NCBI GenBank assembly: GCA_965237955.1
Contig: OZ250169.1
Span: 7,936,001-8,000,000 of the forward strand
Reading direction: 5' to 3'
DNA: 64,000 nt
DNA from: Candidatus Marinacidobacterales bacterium
GTDB taxonomy: Bacteria; Acidobacteriota; Vicinamibacteria; Marinacidobacterales; SMYC01
The first letter of the stretch is position 1. Each line of letters opens with the position of its first letter. Positions 44,994-55,084 of the stretch are shown here, one piece after another. A program made the position numbers and the translations under genes. The notes under the pieces were generated by a model that was not told where the DNA came from, did no database searches, and saw only the letters and a list, made by a program, of their open reading frames with translations.

Positions 44994-46078
44994 GGCGTTG
45001 TTGCACGGCCCGGAGCAAATCGCTGACCTCCCTGTGCCGGTTGCAGAGTCACCCGGCGCAGTACGTATCGGGCATCCCGAGCGCAGCCATCTTGTTGAGT
45101 ATCTCGCACCCAATTCGGTGTTCAACTCGTTGCCTCGCCAACGTTCGAGCCCGCATCTCCGGCCCGATGATCGCCTTGTAACGATAGACCGCGTTCTCCA
45201 CCATGCTTCGCTTGGTGTAGCCTGAGAGCTTGTACCATTCACGTCGGCCGTGTCTTCCGATTGCACGAATATGGCGATCGCGCTCCTGCATGGCGGTGTT
45301 CGAATTCTGACTGAGCGTCGCGTTTCGTTGCGGCGGAATCACCACGCGCGTCCTTCGTCCAGGACTGTGCGCTTCGATGGCTTCGTAGACCGCTTCCTTG
45401 TCGTATGCACTGTCCGCCGCCACCGACACTAGAGGTGCTTGAATCTGTGTTAGCAAAGCGGGGACTCGGGTTGCGTCGCGAGCTCGTGACGCCGTCAGTT
45501 CGGACGCAACAATGTTCCCTGTCTCGCGATCAACGGCGATGTGCAACTTGCGCCATGCGCGCTGCTTTGGCGGTTTGCGAGCGTTTCCAACATGAATCCT
45601 CAAGCCCGTGCTATCGATCATCAGGTGGATGGGTTGAGTGCTCGCGGCTTTCGGAATCCGCAGCTTCTTGCGGAGCAACCTCGAGCGCCGACACAACGTC
45701 GAGTAGTCCTGGATCTCGATACCGAGTCCGAGAAGCGAGGCGATCGAGTGCAAGAAGCCTTCGGTTTGTCGGTAGGCGAGCTTGTACACCTTCCGGACAA
45801 CCAGGCCCGTTTCAATCGCCATGTCTGAATAGACCCGTTGACCGCCAGGCTTACCGGTCTTGTCGGCCTTCCAGTTCGCGATTGCCTCCTCGTCAAACCA
45901 GACTGTCAAATCGCCCCGGCGGCGCAGCCCTTCGTTGTATTCCGCCCAGTTGCGAACGTGGTACTTCTTCTGCTTCGCGTGCTTGTACTGGCAGCGCTTG
46001 GGATACTTCATGCTCGAACATACCTCGGCCACCACCATAGGCGGATTTCGCTCTCAGCCAGAGCGGTGCAACAACGCC
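44994..46078 (-). mobile_element. Main IS5 element; transposase 45049-46038
   Basis: Both IRs and intact ORF. Confidence 0.97.
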
Positions 46079-46140
46079 CAGCTGAGTTGCAGATCGAAAT
46101 GGCACGGCCACCGCGACCGTAGCAGCGCCGATCAAGGCGC

Positions 46141-47370
46141 CTAGAGCTTCCAAGCCACCGTGCCTTCCGGGTGGTCGTACCATCCAGGATCTTCGTAAGA
46201 CGTGATGCCCTCCCGAATCTTGACCACGGTAAACATGCCACCCATTTCGATCGGACCGAAGGGTCCATCGCCCGTCATCATCGGAAGCGTATTGCGCACG
46301 CCTCTCATATGCGCGGCATGGCTCGCGTGCTCGGCCATTCCGGTCTCTCCCATGGCCATGTAGCCGAGAACCAACTTGGAGATCTTTGAACCCACATCCG
46401 ATTGGTCTACCCCGATGACATTGGGAATGTCATGCTCCATGACATTCATCGCGTGATGGTTCTTGTGACAGTGCAAAGGCCAGTCGCCGGGGTTGTCGGC
46501 TACGAATTCCACAACACGACAAGTTCCGGGAGCCACGTTCATGGTGGTCTCGGGCCAGTAAGCGGTGTCCGGCAGCTGTCCGCCATCGGTTTCCACGACT
46601 CGAAAAGAGTGTCCATGAATGTGGATGGGGTGGGAATCCATACTCAAATTCGCGAAACGGATCCTCACCCTCTGGTCCTTTCGAACCACGAGCGGAGAGG
46701 TTCCAGGATAGGCTCTTGCATTGAACGTGAACGTGTTGAAATCGGTAATGATGTTCGGGTTTGGTGTGAACGAGCCCGGCTCCACGTACCATTCCGCAAG
46801 AAAGACGGCAAAGTCGCGATCGATGGGCTGCGCTCGCCGCTTCGGGTGAATCACTAGAAAGCCCATCATCCCCATTGCCATCTGGACCGTTTCATCGGCA
46901 TGCGGGTGATACATGTAGGTTCCGTGCTGTCGCAGGGTGAACTCGTAGGCAAAGGTTTCCCCTGGCTTGATGTGCGGTTGCGTCAGACCTCCGACACCAT
47001 CCATGCCGTTGGGCAGAATAATCCCGTGCCAGTGAATCGTGGTGTGCTCGGGAAGACGATTGGTCACGAGAAGGCGAACGCGATCGCCCTCGACGGCCTC
47101 AATAGTCGGACCAGGGGTCATCCCGTTATAGCCCCAACAGTTCACCATCATGCCAGGGGCAAATTCGCGCTTGACCGGCTCGGCGATGAGATGAAACTCC
47201 TTGACGCCGTCCTTCATCACGTAAGGGAGCGTGGCTCCGTCCGGAGTTTCGACCGGGGTGTAACCCAATGGGTCGGCGGCGGTGCCGCTGCTGGAGCCGG
47301 CGCGCGTTAGTCCGGCAAGTCCGGTTGCGGCTGCTGCACTCTGCCAAAAACCACGTCGGGTGAACTTCAT
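46141..47370 (-). CDS. Tat-exported multicopper oxidase
   Basis: TRRGF, HWHG, YHPH, HPIHIHG, HCHKNHH. Confidence 0.93.
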   Translation of the reverse strand: MKFTRRGFWQSAAAATGLAGLTRAGSSSGTAADPLGYTPVETPDGATLPYVMKDGVKEFHLIAEPVKREFAPGMMVNCWGYNGMTPGPTIEAVEGDRVRLLVTNRLPEHTTIHWHGIILPNGMDGVGGLTQPHIKPGETFAYEFTLRQHGTYMYHPHADETVQMAMGMMGFLVIHPKRRAQPIDRDFAVFLAEWYVEPGSFTPNPNIITDFNTFTFNARAYPGTSPLVVRKDQRVRIRFANLSMDSHPIHIHGHSFRVVETDGGQLPDTAYWPETTMNVAPGTCRVVEFVADNPGDWPLHCHKNHHAMNVMEHDIPNVIGVDQSDVGSKISKLVLGYMAMGETGMAEHASHAAHMRGVRNTLPMMTGDGPFGPIEMGGMFTVVKIREGITSYEDPGWYDHPEGTVAWKL

Positions 47371-48773
47371 GGTGTGACCTCCTTCTTCGGCTCGGGCCGT
47401 TCAGACGTTTTCTGAGTACTCGGTCCAAGGCGCCCACCGAGCGCTCTTTCGAGCTCTACACGCGCAATCCAATAGTCACGCCACGCTTCGATATAAGCGC
47501 GCTCGGTCTCCACTTCGCGCTCCCGCGCCGCGAGCAGGTCGTAGGTGCCCTGCAGCATCATGTTGTATTGCTCGAGCGTAAGCTCCACAATCTGTTGTCG
47601 CTGCGGGAGCAGCCGATCACGGTAATACTCGGTCAACTCACGCGACGCGATCATGAAGTCTCGCGCCAGACGGACTTCCGAGCGCGCGTGAATCGAAAGA
47701 TTCTCCAAACGACGTTGCGACTGAAGAAGTTGGGACTCTAGCCGCGCGACCGCGGCCTGCCCCTGATCAAAAATGGGGATCTGGATCCCGAGCGACGGCC
47801 CAGTCACACGCCGGCCATCCGGGTCTTTCTCGGATTCGACACCGATCTCGATGCCTACGGGAAAAAATCGAGTACCTTTGGTAAGCGCTAGCGCGCGTGC
47901 CAACTGCTCGACCCCCTTCCGCGCGGCGGCCACATCGAATCTCTGCTCGAGCGCGACGGCCTCGAAGGACTCCGGGTGCGGATCCGTGCGAGGGAGAGAG
48001 GGCAGCCCTCTTCCAGCGCGCCAACGAACCTCTTCGCCCCATAGTCCCATGTGACGGTTCAGCGCCTCGCGTCGTCGACGTAGGTCGAGCTCGGCCTTCA
48101 CGATATCGACGCGTATCTGATTGTAAACAGCCCGATGTTGCTCCAGATCGAGCTCGTTCAAGTTGCCAGCTTGCTCCTGAACTGCGGCGAACTCAGAAGC
48201 GGCCAGACGGATCTCCCCCATCAACTCGAGTCGCTCGAGCAACTCTTGGCTGGCGAGGAGCTCATAGAAGGCCGTTTTCACATCAGCTGCCAGCCGAATC
48301 ACTTCGTCGGCGACGCGCAGCTTCGTGCGTTCGAGCTCAACGCTCGCAAGCTCCTTCTTGAGTGGCAGGATGAAGACATCCAGGAAGTCGAGAGCAAGAC
48401 CCACCTCGGAACGGCTCCAGTGAAACGCCTGGTTGCTGATACGTGACGCCTGAGCCAGATCGGCTTGAGAGATGCCAATCTCCTCGAAACTTGCGAGAAG
48501 CGCGCGATTGTTCAAAAGGGCGATGCGCACGGCCGTGTCGACGTCAATCGACTCGGCCAGGAGATCGTGAACGACCTGTCGGGTCACTTCCGTCTGCTCG
48601 GCGTTCCGGGGCCATTCAGGTGCATGGCCCGAACGAGAGGCGACCTTCTGTCGCATGTCCTCGAACGCCGGTCGAGGATTGGTACTCGCGCATCCGCTCA
48701 GCCCGAGTAGCGCCACGCTCCCGAGAAGCGAGCCTCCGAGGAAGCGCGCGATGTAACGAAGAGCGTTACTCAC
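47367..48773 (-). CDS. TolC-family outer membrane lipoprotein (copper resistance)
   Basis: LSGC lipobox, AVRIALLNN, IPIFDQG, LERALGG; 4-bp overlaps with both neighbours. Confidence 0.9.
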   Translation of the reverse strand: MSNALRYIARFLGGSLLGSVALLGLSGCASTNPRPAFEDMRQKVASRSGHAPEWPRNAEQTEVTRQVVHDLLAESIDVDTAVRIALLNNRALLASFEEIGISQADLAQASRISNQAFHWSRSEVGLALDFLDVFILPLKKELASVELERTKLRVADEVIRLAADVKTAFYELLASQELLERLELMGEIRLAASEFAAVQEQAGNLNELDLEQHRAVYNQIRVDIVKAELDLRRRREALNRHMGLWGEEVRWRAGRGLPSLPRTDPHPESFEAVALEQRFDVAAARKGVEQLARALALTKGTRFFPVGIEIGVESEKDPDGRRVTGPSLGIQIPIFDQGQAAVARLESQLLQSQRRLENLSIHARSEVRLARDFMIASRELTEYYRDRLLPQRQQIVELTLEQYNMMLQGTYDLLAAREREVETERAYIEAWRDYWIARVELERALGGRLGPSTQKTSERPEPKKEVTP

Positions 48774-49141
48774 GGGACCGGATCCTCTCTCAGCACGAGC
48801 GTCATCCCGCAACGAGGGCAGCTGCTCCCCTCCTCGCCGGTAACGTCCGGGTGCATCGGACAGGCGTAAACCATCTCAGCCATCTCGTGGTGGTGCTGCG
48901 AATGGGAGCTCGCGGGCGATGGACTCTCCGATCCAGCCTCTGACTCCTCGTTGGAGTCCGCGGAAAGACCCGTGCTATATGGAGACTCCCCGCCAATCGC
49001 CGCACGGGGATCGCTGGGATCCGGCTGCGACAGCTGCGAAATCGTGACCGAGCACCCGGAAGCGAGCACGGCCGCGACCCACACCAGACTCGCGCTGGAT
49101 GGTAAATAACGAGACGACAACATTTTGCTAATGAGTGTCAT
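48770..49141 (-). CDS. Lipoprotein with heavy-metal-binding domain
   Basis: ASGC lipobox, HSQHHH, YACPMHP...CPRCGMTL. Confidence 0.88.
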   Translation of the reverse strand: MTLISKMLSSRYLPSSASLVWVAAVLASGCSVTISQLSQPDPSDPRAAIGGESPYSTGLSADSNEESEAGSESPSPASSHSQHHHEMAEMVYACPMHPDVTGEEGSSCPRCGMTLVLREDPVP

Positions 49142-49242
49142 TTCTCGACCTCAACACTGGTAAGCCAAGCGAAAGGGATTCCCGCGAACTGGGAAAGTGA
49201 TCGGATTGTGCGCTCGCGGGAGCGACTAGCGAGGTTGTCGCC

Positions 49243-49647
49243 TCAAATCAACAAGACGGTGCTGCGGACATAGGGAAGGAGAGGATTGGTCAGGCTGACG
49301 GACGCCTCGCGGAGCACGCCGTATGAAGGGATGTCCGTTTCAATCGGAAGACGTTCGAGTGGAGCAGCAAACTTCGAGGCTTTGGCGGCAACTTTCTCGA
49401 AGCGCGACGCCGAGACCATCCTCCAGCTCGCGTGGTTGCTGCAGCCCTCGTTCTCTGAAGGCTCGGGCGTTTCGTCGTGACAGTTCCCCGGGCTCCTAGG
49501 CACGGAAGAGCTGTGCTCCGCACTCTGGTGGATGGCATGTGTCTCCTCGCATGGGAGCGCGAGGCACTGGGCAAGGCATTGACCCTGAGCGACGATGGAA
49601 AAACACAGCATCAACAGCGTCGCTCGAAGCATCCGTGTTCCAGCCAT
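49243..49647 (-). CDS. Cys/His-rich exported protein heading the copper operon
   Basis: Signal-like N-terminus, CLAQC...CH, C-terminal VLLI. Confidence 0.6.
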   Translation of the reverse strand: MAGTRMLRATLLMLCFSIVAQGQCLAQCLALPCEETHAIHQSAEHSSSVPRSPGNCHDETPEPSENEGCSNHASWRMVSASRFEKVAAKASKFAAPLERLPIETDIPSYGVLREASVSLTNPLLPYVRSTVLLI

Positions 49648-49763
49648 CAGGCTCTAATTATAGGTCAATTGAAAGATACACCAAACTCACTCTCGAACAA
49701 TCGGCTCGCTCGTACCGCCCACCGAAAGATGATACAAGAACTCTATTAGTTGGAGATAAAATC

Positions 49764-49840
49764 ATGAGGTCATTCGTCGCTATCGCAACGTTCACCGCGA
49801 TCCTCTTCTCGTCTGCTTTCGCCTCTTCTCATGAACGGAA
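49764..49840 (+). pseudogene. Signal-peptide stub cut by IS5
   Basis: RBS ggag, then MRSFVAIATFTAILFSSAFA. Confidence 0.5.
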
Positions 49841-50925
49841 GGCGTTGTTGCACGGCCCGGAGCAAATCGCTGACCTCCCTGTGCCGGTTGCAGAGTCACC
49901 CGGCGCAGTACGTATCGGGCATCCCGAGCGCAGCCATCTTGTTGAGTATCTCGCACCCAATTCGGTGTTCAACTCGTTGCCTCGCCAACGTTCGAGCCCG
50001 CATCTCCGGCCCGATGATCGCCTTGTAACGATAGACCGCGTTCTCCACCATGCTTCGCTTGGTGTAGCCTGAGAGCTTGTACCATTCACGTCGGCCGTGT
50101 CTTTCGATTGCACGAATATGGCGATCGCGCTCCTGCATGGCGGTGTTCGAATTCTGACTGAGCGTCGCGTTTCGTTGCGGCGGAATCACCACGCGCGTCC
50201 TTCGTCCAGGACTGTGCGCTTCGATGGCTTCGTAGACCGCTTCCTTGTCGTATGCACTGTCCGCCGCCACCGACACTAGAGGTGCTTGAATCTGTGTTAG
50301 CAAAGCGGGGACTCGGGTTGCGTCGCGAGCTCGTGACGCCGTCAGTTCGGACGCAACAATGTTCCCTGTCTCGCGATCAACGGCGATGTGCAACTTGCGC
50401 CATGCGCGCTGCTTTGGCGGTTTGCGAGCGTTTCCAACATGAATCCTCAAGCCCGTGCTATCGATCATCAGGTGGATGGGTTGAGTGCTCGCGGCTTTCG
50501 GAATCCGCAGCTTCTTGCGGAGCAACCTCGAGCGCCGACACAACGTCGAGTAGTCCTGGATCTCGATACCGAGCCCGAGAAGCGAGGCGATCGAGTGCAA
50601 GAAGCCTTCGGTTTGTCGGTAGGCGAGCTTGTACACCTTCCGGACAACCAGGCCCGTTTCAATCGCCATGTCTGAATAGACCCGTTGACCGCCAGGCTTA
50701 CCGGTCTTGTCGGCCTTCCAGTTCGCGATTGCCTCCTCGTCAAACCAGACTGTCAAATCGCCCCGGCGGCGCAGCCCTTCGTTGTATTCCGCCCAGTTGC
50801 GAACGTGGTACTTCTTCTGCTTCGCGTGCTTGTACTGGCAGCGCTTGGGATACTTCATGCTCGAACATACCTCGGCCACCACCATAGGCGGATTTCGCTC
50901 TCAGCCAGAGCGGTGCAACAACGCC
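49841..50925 (-). mobile_element. Main IS5 element; transposase 49896-50885
   Basis: Both IRs and intact ORF. Confidence 0.97.
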
Positions 50926-51604
50926 GCTCGAGGGCGCGAGAGTCTGCGGGGTCGAAAGACGCGGCAAGTTCCTCGTTTTTGATCTGGGACGAGCGCGTTC
51001 GGCGGTGCTCGTGCACTTGGGGATGACGGGGACGTTCGCGCGCGTGACTAAAAAGGCAGAGCTCCCCAAGTTCACCCGCGCGACGCTCGAGCTGTCTCGC
51101 GGCGAGCGCATTGCTTTTCTCGACCGACGACGGCTCGGGGAGTTTCGCCTCGTTACGGAAAAGGAAAAAAAGCGCCTCGACGCGCTCGGAGTGGAGCCTC
51201 TGGAGCGTGAGTTCACACCCGCTCGCCTTTACGAGCTCGTGCAAAAGTCCGCGCGTCCGATCAAGATTTTTCTCATGGATCAGAAACGCATCGCGGGGAT
51301 TGGAAACATCCATGCCGCCGAAGCTCTTTTTCTCGCCGGTATCCATCCGGAGCGAAGCGCGTCCGGACTGACACGAGAAGAAAGCGTGCTCCTCGCCCGT
51401 TACATCCGCCGCGAGCTCCGGGCTGAGATCGCGCGATCGCGCTCGGAAAACCTCAGGTATCTACAGCAGGGCGAAGCGAACCGGTTCCGGGTGTACGGGC
51501 ACGCGGATGAGCCGTGCCCGCGATGTGGTGCGTCGATTGCAAAACTCGTCCAAGGGGGGCGATCCAGCTACTATTGCCCCGAGTGCCAACCCAAGAGGAA
51601 ATGA
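50926..51604 (+). pseudogene. mutM: Formamidopyrimidine-DNA glycosylase, 5'-truncated (longer duplicate)
   Basis: HLGMTG, DRRRLG, H2TH, zinc finger. Confidence 0.92.
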
Positions 51605-51605
51605 C

Positions 51606-53409
51606 ATGAACCGCGAAGATCTGAGCCTGTCGACACGAGCCATCCATTCAGGCGCGAGTGGACCGCGCGAGAATCGACCCGTCGTCCCGCCCATCCATTT
51701 GTCCGCGACGTTCGAATCGAAAGACGTCGACGAGCAAGTTGCCATCGAAGAGGCGAAAGCCGATATGTTCTACACCCGCTACGGCAATCCTACCCTCACG
51801 ATTGCCGAGCGCACCGTCGCCTAGTCCCCTGGAACAGAAAAAGCTAGACAACACCGGCCCTTCTGTGATCTGCTAAATGCATGAAACACAAGGGCCGGCG
51901 AAAAGCCGAATTGAAGCTGTCGTCTCAAGAAAGCGAAGCGCTGACGCGACTGGCGCGACGCAGCCGTAGTTCGCCGCACCAAGCCTTCCGAGCGAAGATC
52001 GTGCTGGATTGCGCGGCGGGTCTGACGAATATGGAAGTTGCTAGGAAGATGCACACCATGAGGAGCACGGTGGGCAAGTGGCGAAGACGCTTTGTAGAAC
52101 AACGAATGGAAGGGTTGTACGACGAACCTCGGCCGGGAGCGGCTCGCAAAATCGGCGATGACCAGATCGAGGAAGTCGTGACCAAGACGCTGGAGACGAC
52201 TCCAAAGGGGAGAACCCATTGGAGTACGCGCTCGATGGCCAAGCATCTTGGGCTGAGTCATTCGACGATTGGACGTATTTGGCGAACGTTCGGGCTTCAA
52301 CCGCACCGCTCGGAATCGTTTCGTCTCTCGCAAGACCCACAACTGGTCGAAAAAGTACGCGACGTTGTTGGCCTGTATATGAACCCACCGGATAACGCGG
52401 TCGTCCTGTGCGTCGACGAGAAATCGCAGATTCAAGCGCTCGAGCGTGCTCAACCTGTCCTGCCCATGAGCTTGGGCCAGCCCGAGCGACAAACCCACGA
52501 CTACATTCGGCATGGAACGACTGACCTGTTTGCCGCACTCGACGCCGCAACAGGTGAAGTCTTCGGAAAGTGCTACGCGCGACATCGAGCGCTAGAGTTC
52601 AAGAAGTTCCTCGCTGAGATCGAAGCAGCCGTTCCCAGCGAGTTGGACATCCACGTCGTGCTCGACAATCTCGCCACGCACAAGACACCGGCGATCAAAC
52701 GCTGGCTTTCCAAGCGACCTCGGTTCCACTTTCACTTCACACCGACACACGCCTCTTGGCTCAACTTCGCTGAGCGCTTCTTTGGCTTGCTCACCGAACA
52801 CGCCTTGCGACGAGGCTCGCACACGAGCGTGCCTCAGCTCCGCGTTGCGATACAAGACTATCTCGATGCTCACAACGAGAACCCAAAGCCGTTCAAGTGG
52901 ACGAAATCCGCCGACCAAATCCTCGAAACCATCGCTCGGTTCGCCCAGCGAACGCTCGATACACATGGCAAATCGAATTTGGACAGTAATTAAAGATCCA
53001 GGGGACTAGCTCGAAGGAGCAGAATCGGCCGCGGTGTTCGGCTCGGGGATGGCCGCCATTACCACGACGCTTCTCGCGCACTTGCAGCGGGGCGACCACG
53101 CGGTCTTTCAGCGCGAGGTTTACGGCGGAGTCCATCGATTTGCCTACGAGCTCCTTCCGCGCTACGGCGTCGACGTCAGCTGGTTCGAGGCCACCGATGT
53201 CTCCGGCTTCGAAAGCGCGATTCGAGACAACACCAAAGTGGTGTACGTAGAATCACCGACGAACCCGACGTTGAAGCTCGTGGATATCGAGCGCGTCACG
53301 TCGGTAGCGAGACCACGAGGCATCGTCTCACTCATTGATTCGACGTTCGCCACTCCGCTCAACACCCAGCCGCACACGCTCGGCGTCGACGGCGTCCTGC
53401 ACTCCGCTA
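51606..53409 (+). pseudogene. Duplicate trans-sulfuration enzyme fragment interrupted by IS630
   Basis: Near-identical to 11501-12119. Confidence 0.9.
51821..53009 (+). mobile_element. IS630-family element; transposase 51881-52993
   Basis: ctagtcccctgg / ccaggggactag ends; [25 protein letters not shown]. Confidence 0.96.
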
Positions 53410-54494
53410 GGCGTTGTTGCACCGCTCTGGCTGAGAGCGAAATCCGCCTATGGTGGTGGCCGAGGTATGTTCGAGCATGAAGTATCCCAAGCGCTGCCAG
53501 TACAAGCACGCGAAGCAGAAGAAGTACCACGTTCGCAACTGGGCGGAATACAACGAAGGGCTGCGCCGCCGGGGCGATTTGACAGTCTGGTTTGACGAGG
53601 AGGCAATCGCGAACTGGAAGGCCGACAAGACCGGTAAGCCTGGCGGTCAACGGGTCTATTCAGACATGGCGATTGAAACGGGCCTGGTTGTCCGGATGGT
53701 GTACAAGCTCGCCTACCGACAAACCGAAGGCTTCTTGCACTCGATCGCCTCGCTTCTCGGGCTCGGTATCGAGATCCCGGACTACTCGACGTTGTGTCGG
53801 CGCTCGAGGTTGCTCCGCAAGAAGCTGCGGATTCCGAAAGCCGCGAGCACTCAACCCATCCACCTGATGATCGATAGCACGGTCTTGAGGATTCATGTTG
53901 GAAACGCTCGCAAACCGCCAAAGCAGCGCGCATGGCGCAAGTTGCACATCGCCGTTGATCGCGAGACAGGGAACATTGTTGCGTCCGAACTGACGGCGTC
54001 ACGAGCTCGCGACGCAACCCGAGTCCCCGCTTTGCTAACACAGATTCAAGCACCTCTAGTGTCGGTGGCGGCGGACAGTGCATACGACAAGGAAGCGGTC
54101 TACGAAGCCATCGAAGCGCACAGTCCTGGACGAAGGACGCGCGTGGTGATTCCGCCGCAACGAAACGCGACGCTCAGTCAGAATTCGAACACCGCCATGC
54201 AGGAGCGCGATCGCCATATTCGTGCAATCGAAAGACACGGCCGACGTGAATGGTACAAGCTCTCAGGCTACACCAAGCGAAGCATGGTGGAGAACGCGGT
54301 CTATCGTTACAAGGCGATCATCGGGCCGGAGATGCGGGCTCGAACGTTGGCGAGGCAACGAGTTGAACACCGAATTGGGTGCGAGATACTCAACAAGATG
54401 GCTGCGCTCGGGATGCCCGATACGTACTGCGCCGGGTGACTCTGCAACCGGCACAGGGAGGTCAGCGATTTGCTCCGGGCCGTGCAACAACGCC
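53410..54494 (+). mobile_element. Main IS5 element; transposase 53450-54439
   Basis: Both IRs and intact ORF. Confidence 0.97.
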
Positions 54495-55075
54495 GTTCGG
54501 AGGCAACAATGGTGCCCGTCTTGCGCAAAACGGCGATGTGCAACTTGCGCCATGCGCGCTGCTTTGGCGGTTTGCGGACGGCTCCAACATGAATCCTCAA
54601 GCCCGTGCTATCGATCATTAGGTGGATGGGTTGGTTGCTTGCGGCTTTCGGAATCCGCAGCTTCTTGCGGAGCAGCCTCGAGCGCCGAGACAACGTCGAG
54701 TAGTCCGGGATCTCGATACCGAGCCCGAGAAGCGAGGCGATCGAGTGCAAGAAGCCTTCGGTTTGGCGGTAGGCGAGCTTGTACACCATGCGGACAACCA
54801 GGCCCGTTTCAATCGCCATGTCTGAATAGACCCGTTGACCGCCAGGCTTACCGGTCTTGTCGGCCTTCCAGTTGGCGATTGCCTCCTCGTCAAACCAGAC
54901 TGTCAAATCGCCTCGGCGGCGCAGCCCTTCGTTGTATTCCGCCCAGTTGCGAACGTGGTACTTCTTCTGCTTCGCGTGCTTGTACTGGCTGCGCTTGGGA
55001 TACTTCATGGTCGAACATACCTCGGCCACCACCATAGGCGGGTTTTGCTCTCAGCCAGAGCGGTGCAACAACGCC
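54495..55075 (-). mobile_element. Diverged IS5 isoform, 5' half
   Basis: Several amino acid differences; cut by the adjacent copy. Confidence 0.93.
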
Positions 55076-55084
55076 TCTCACTGG

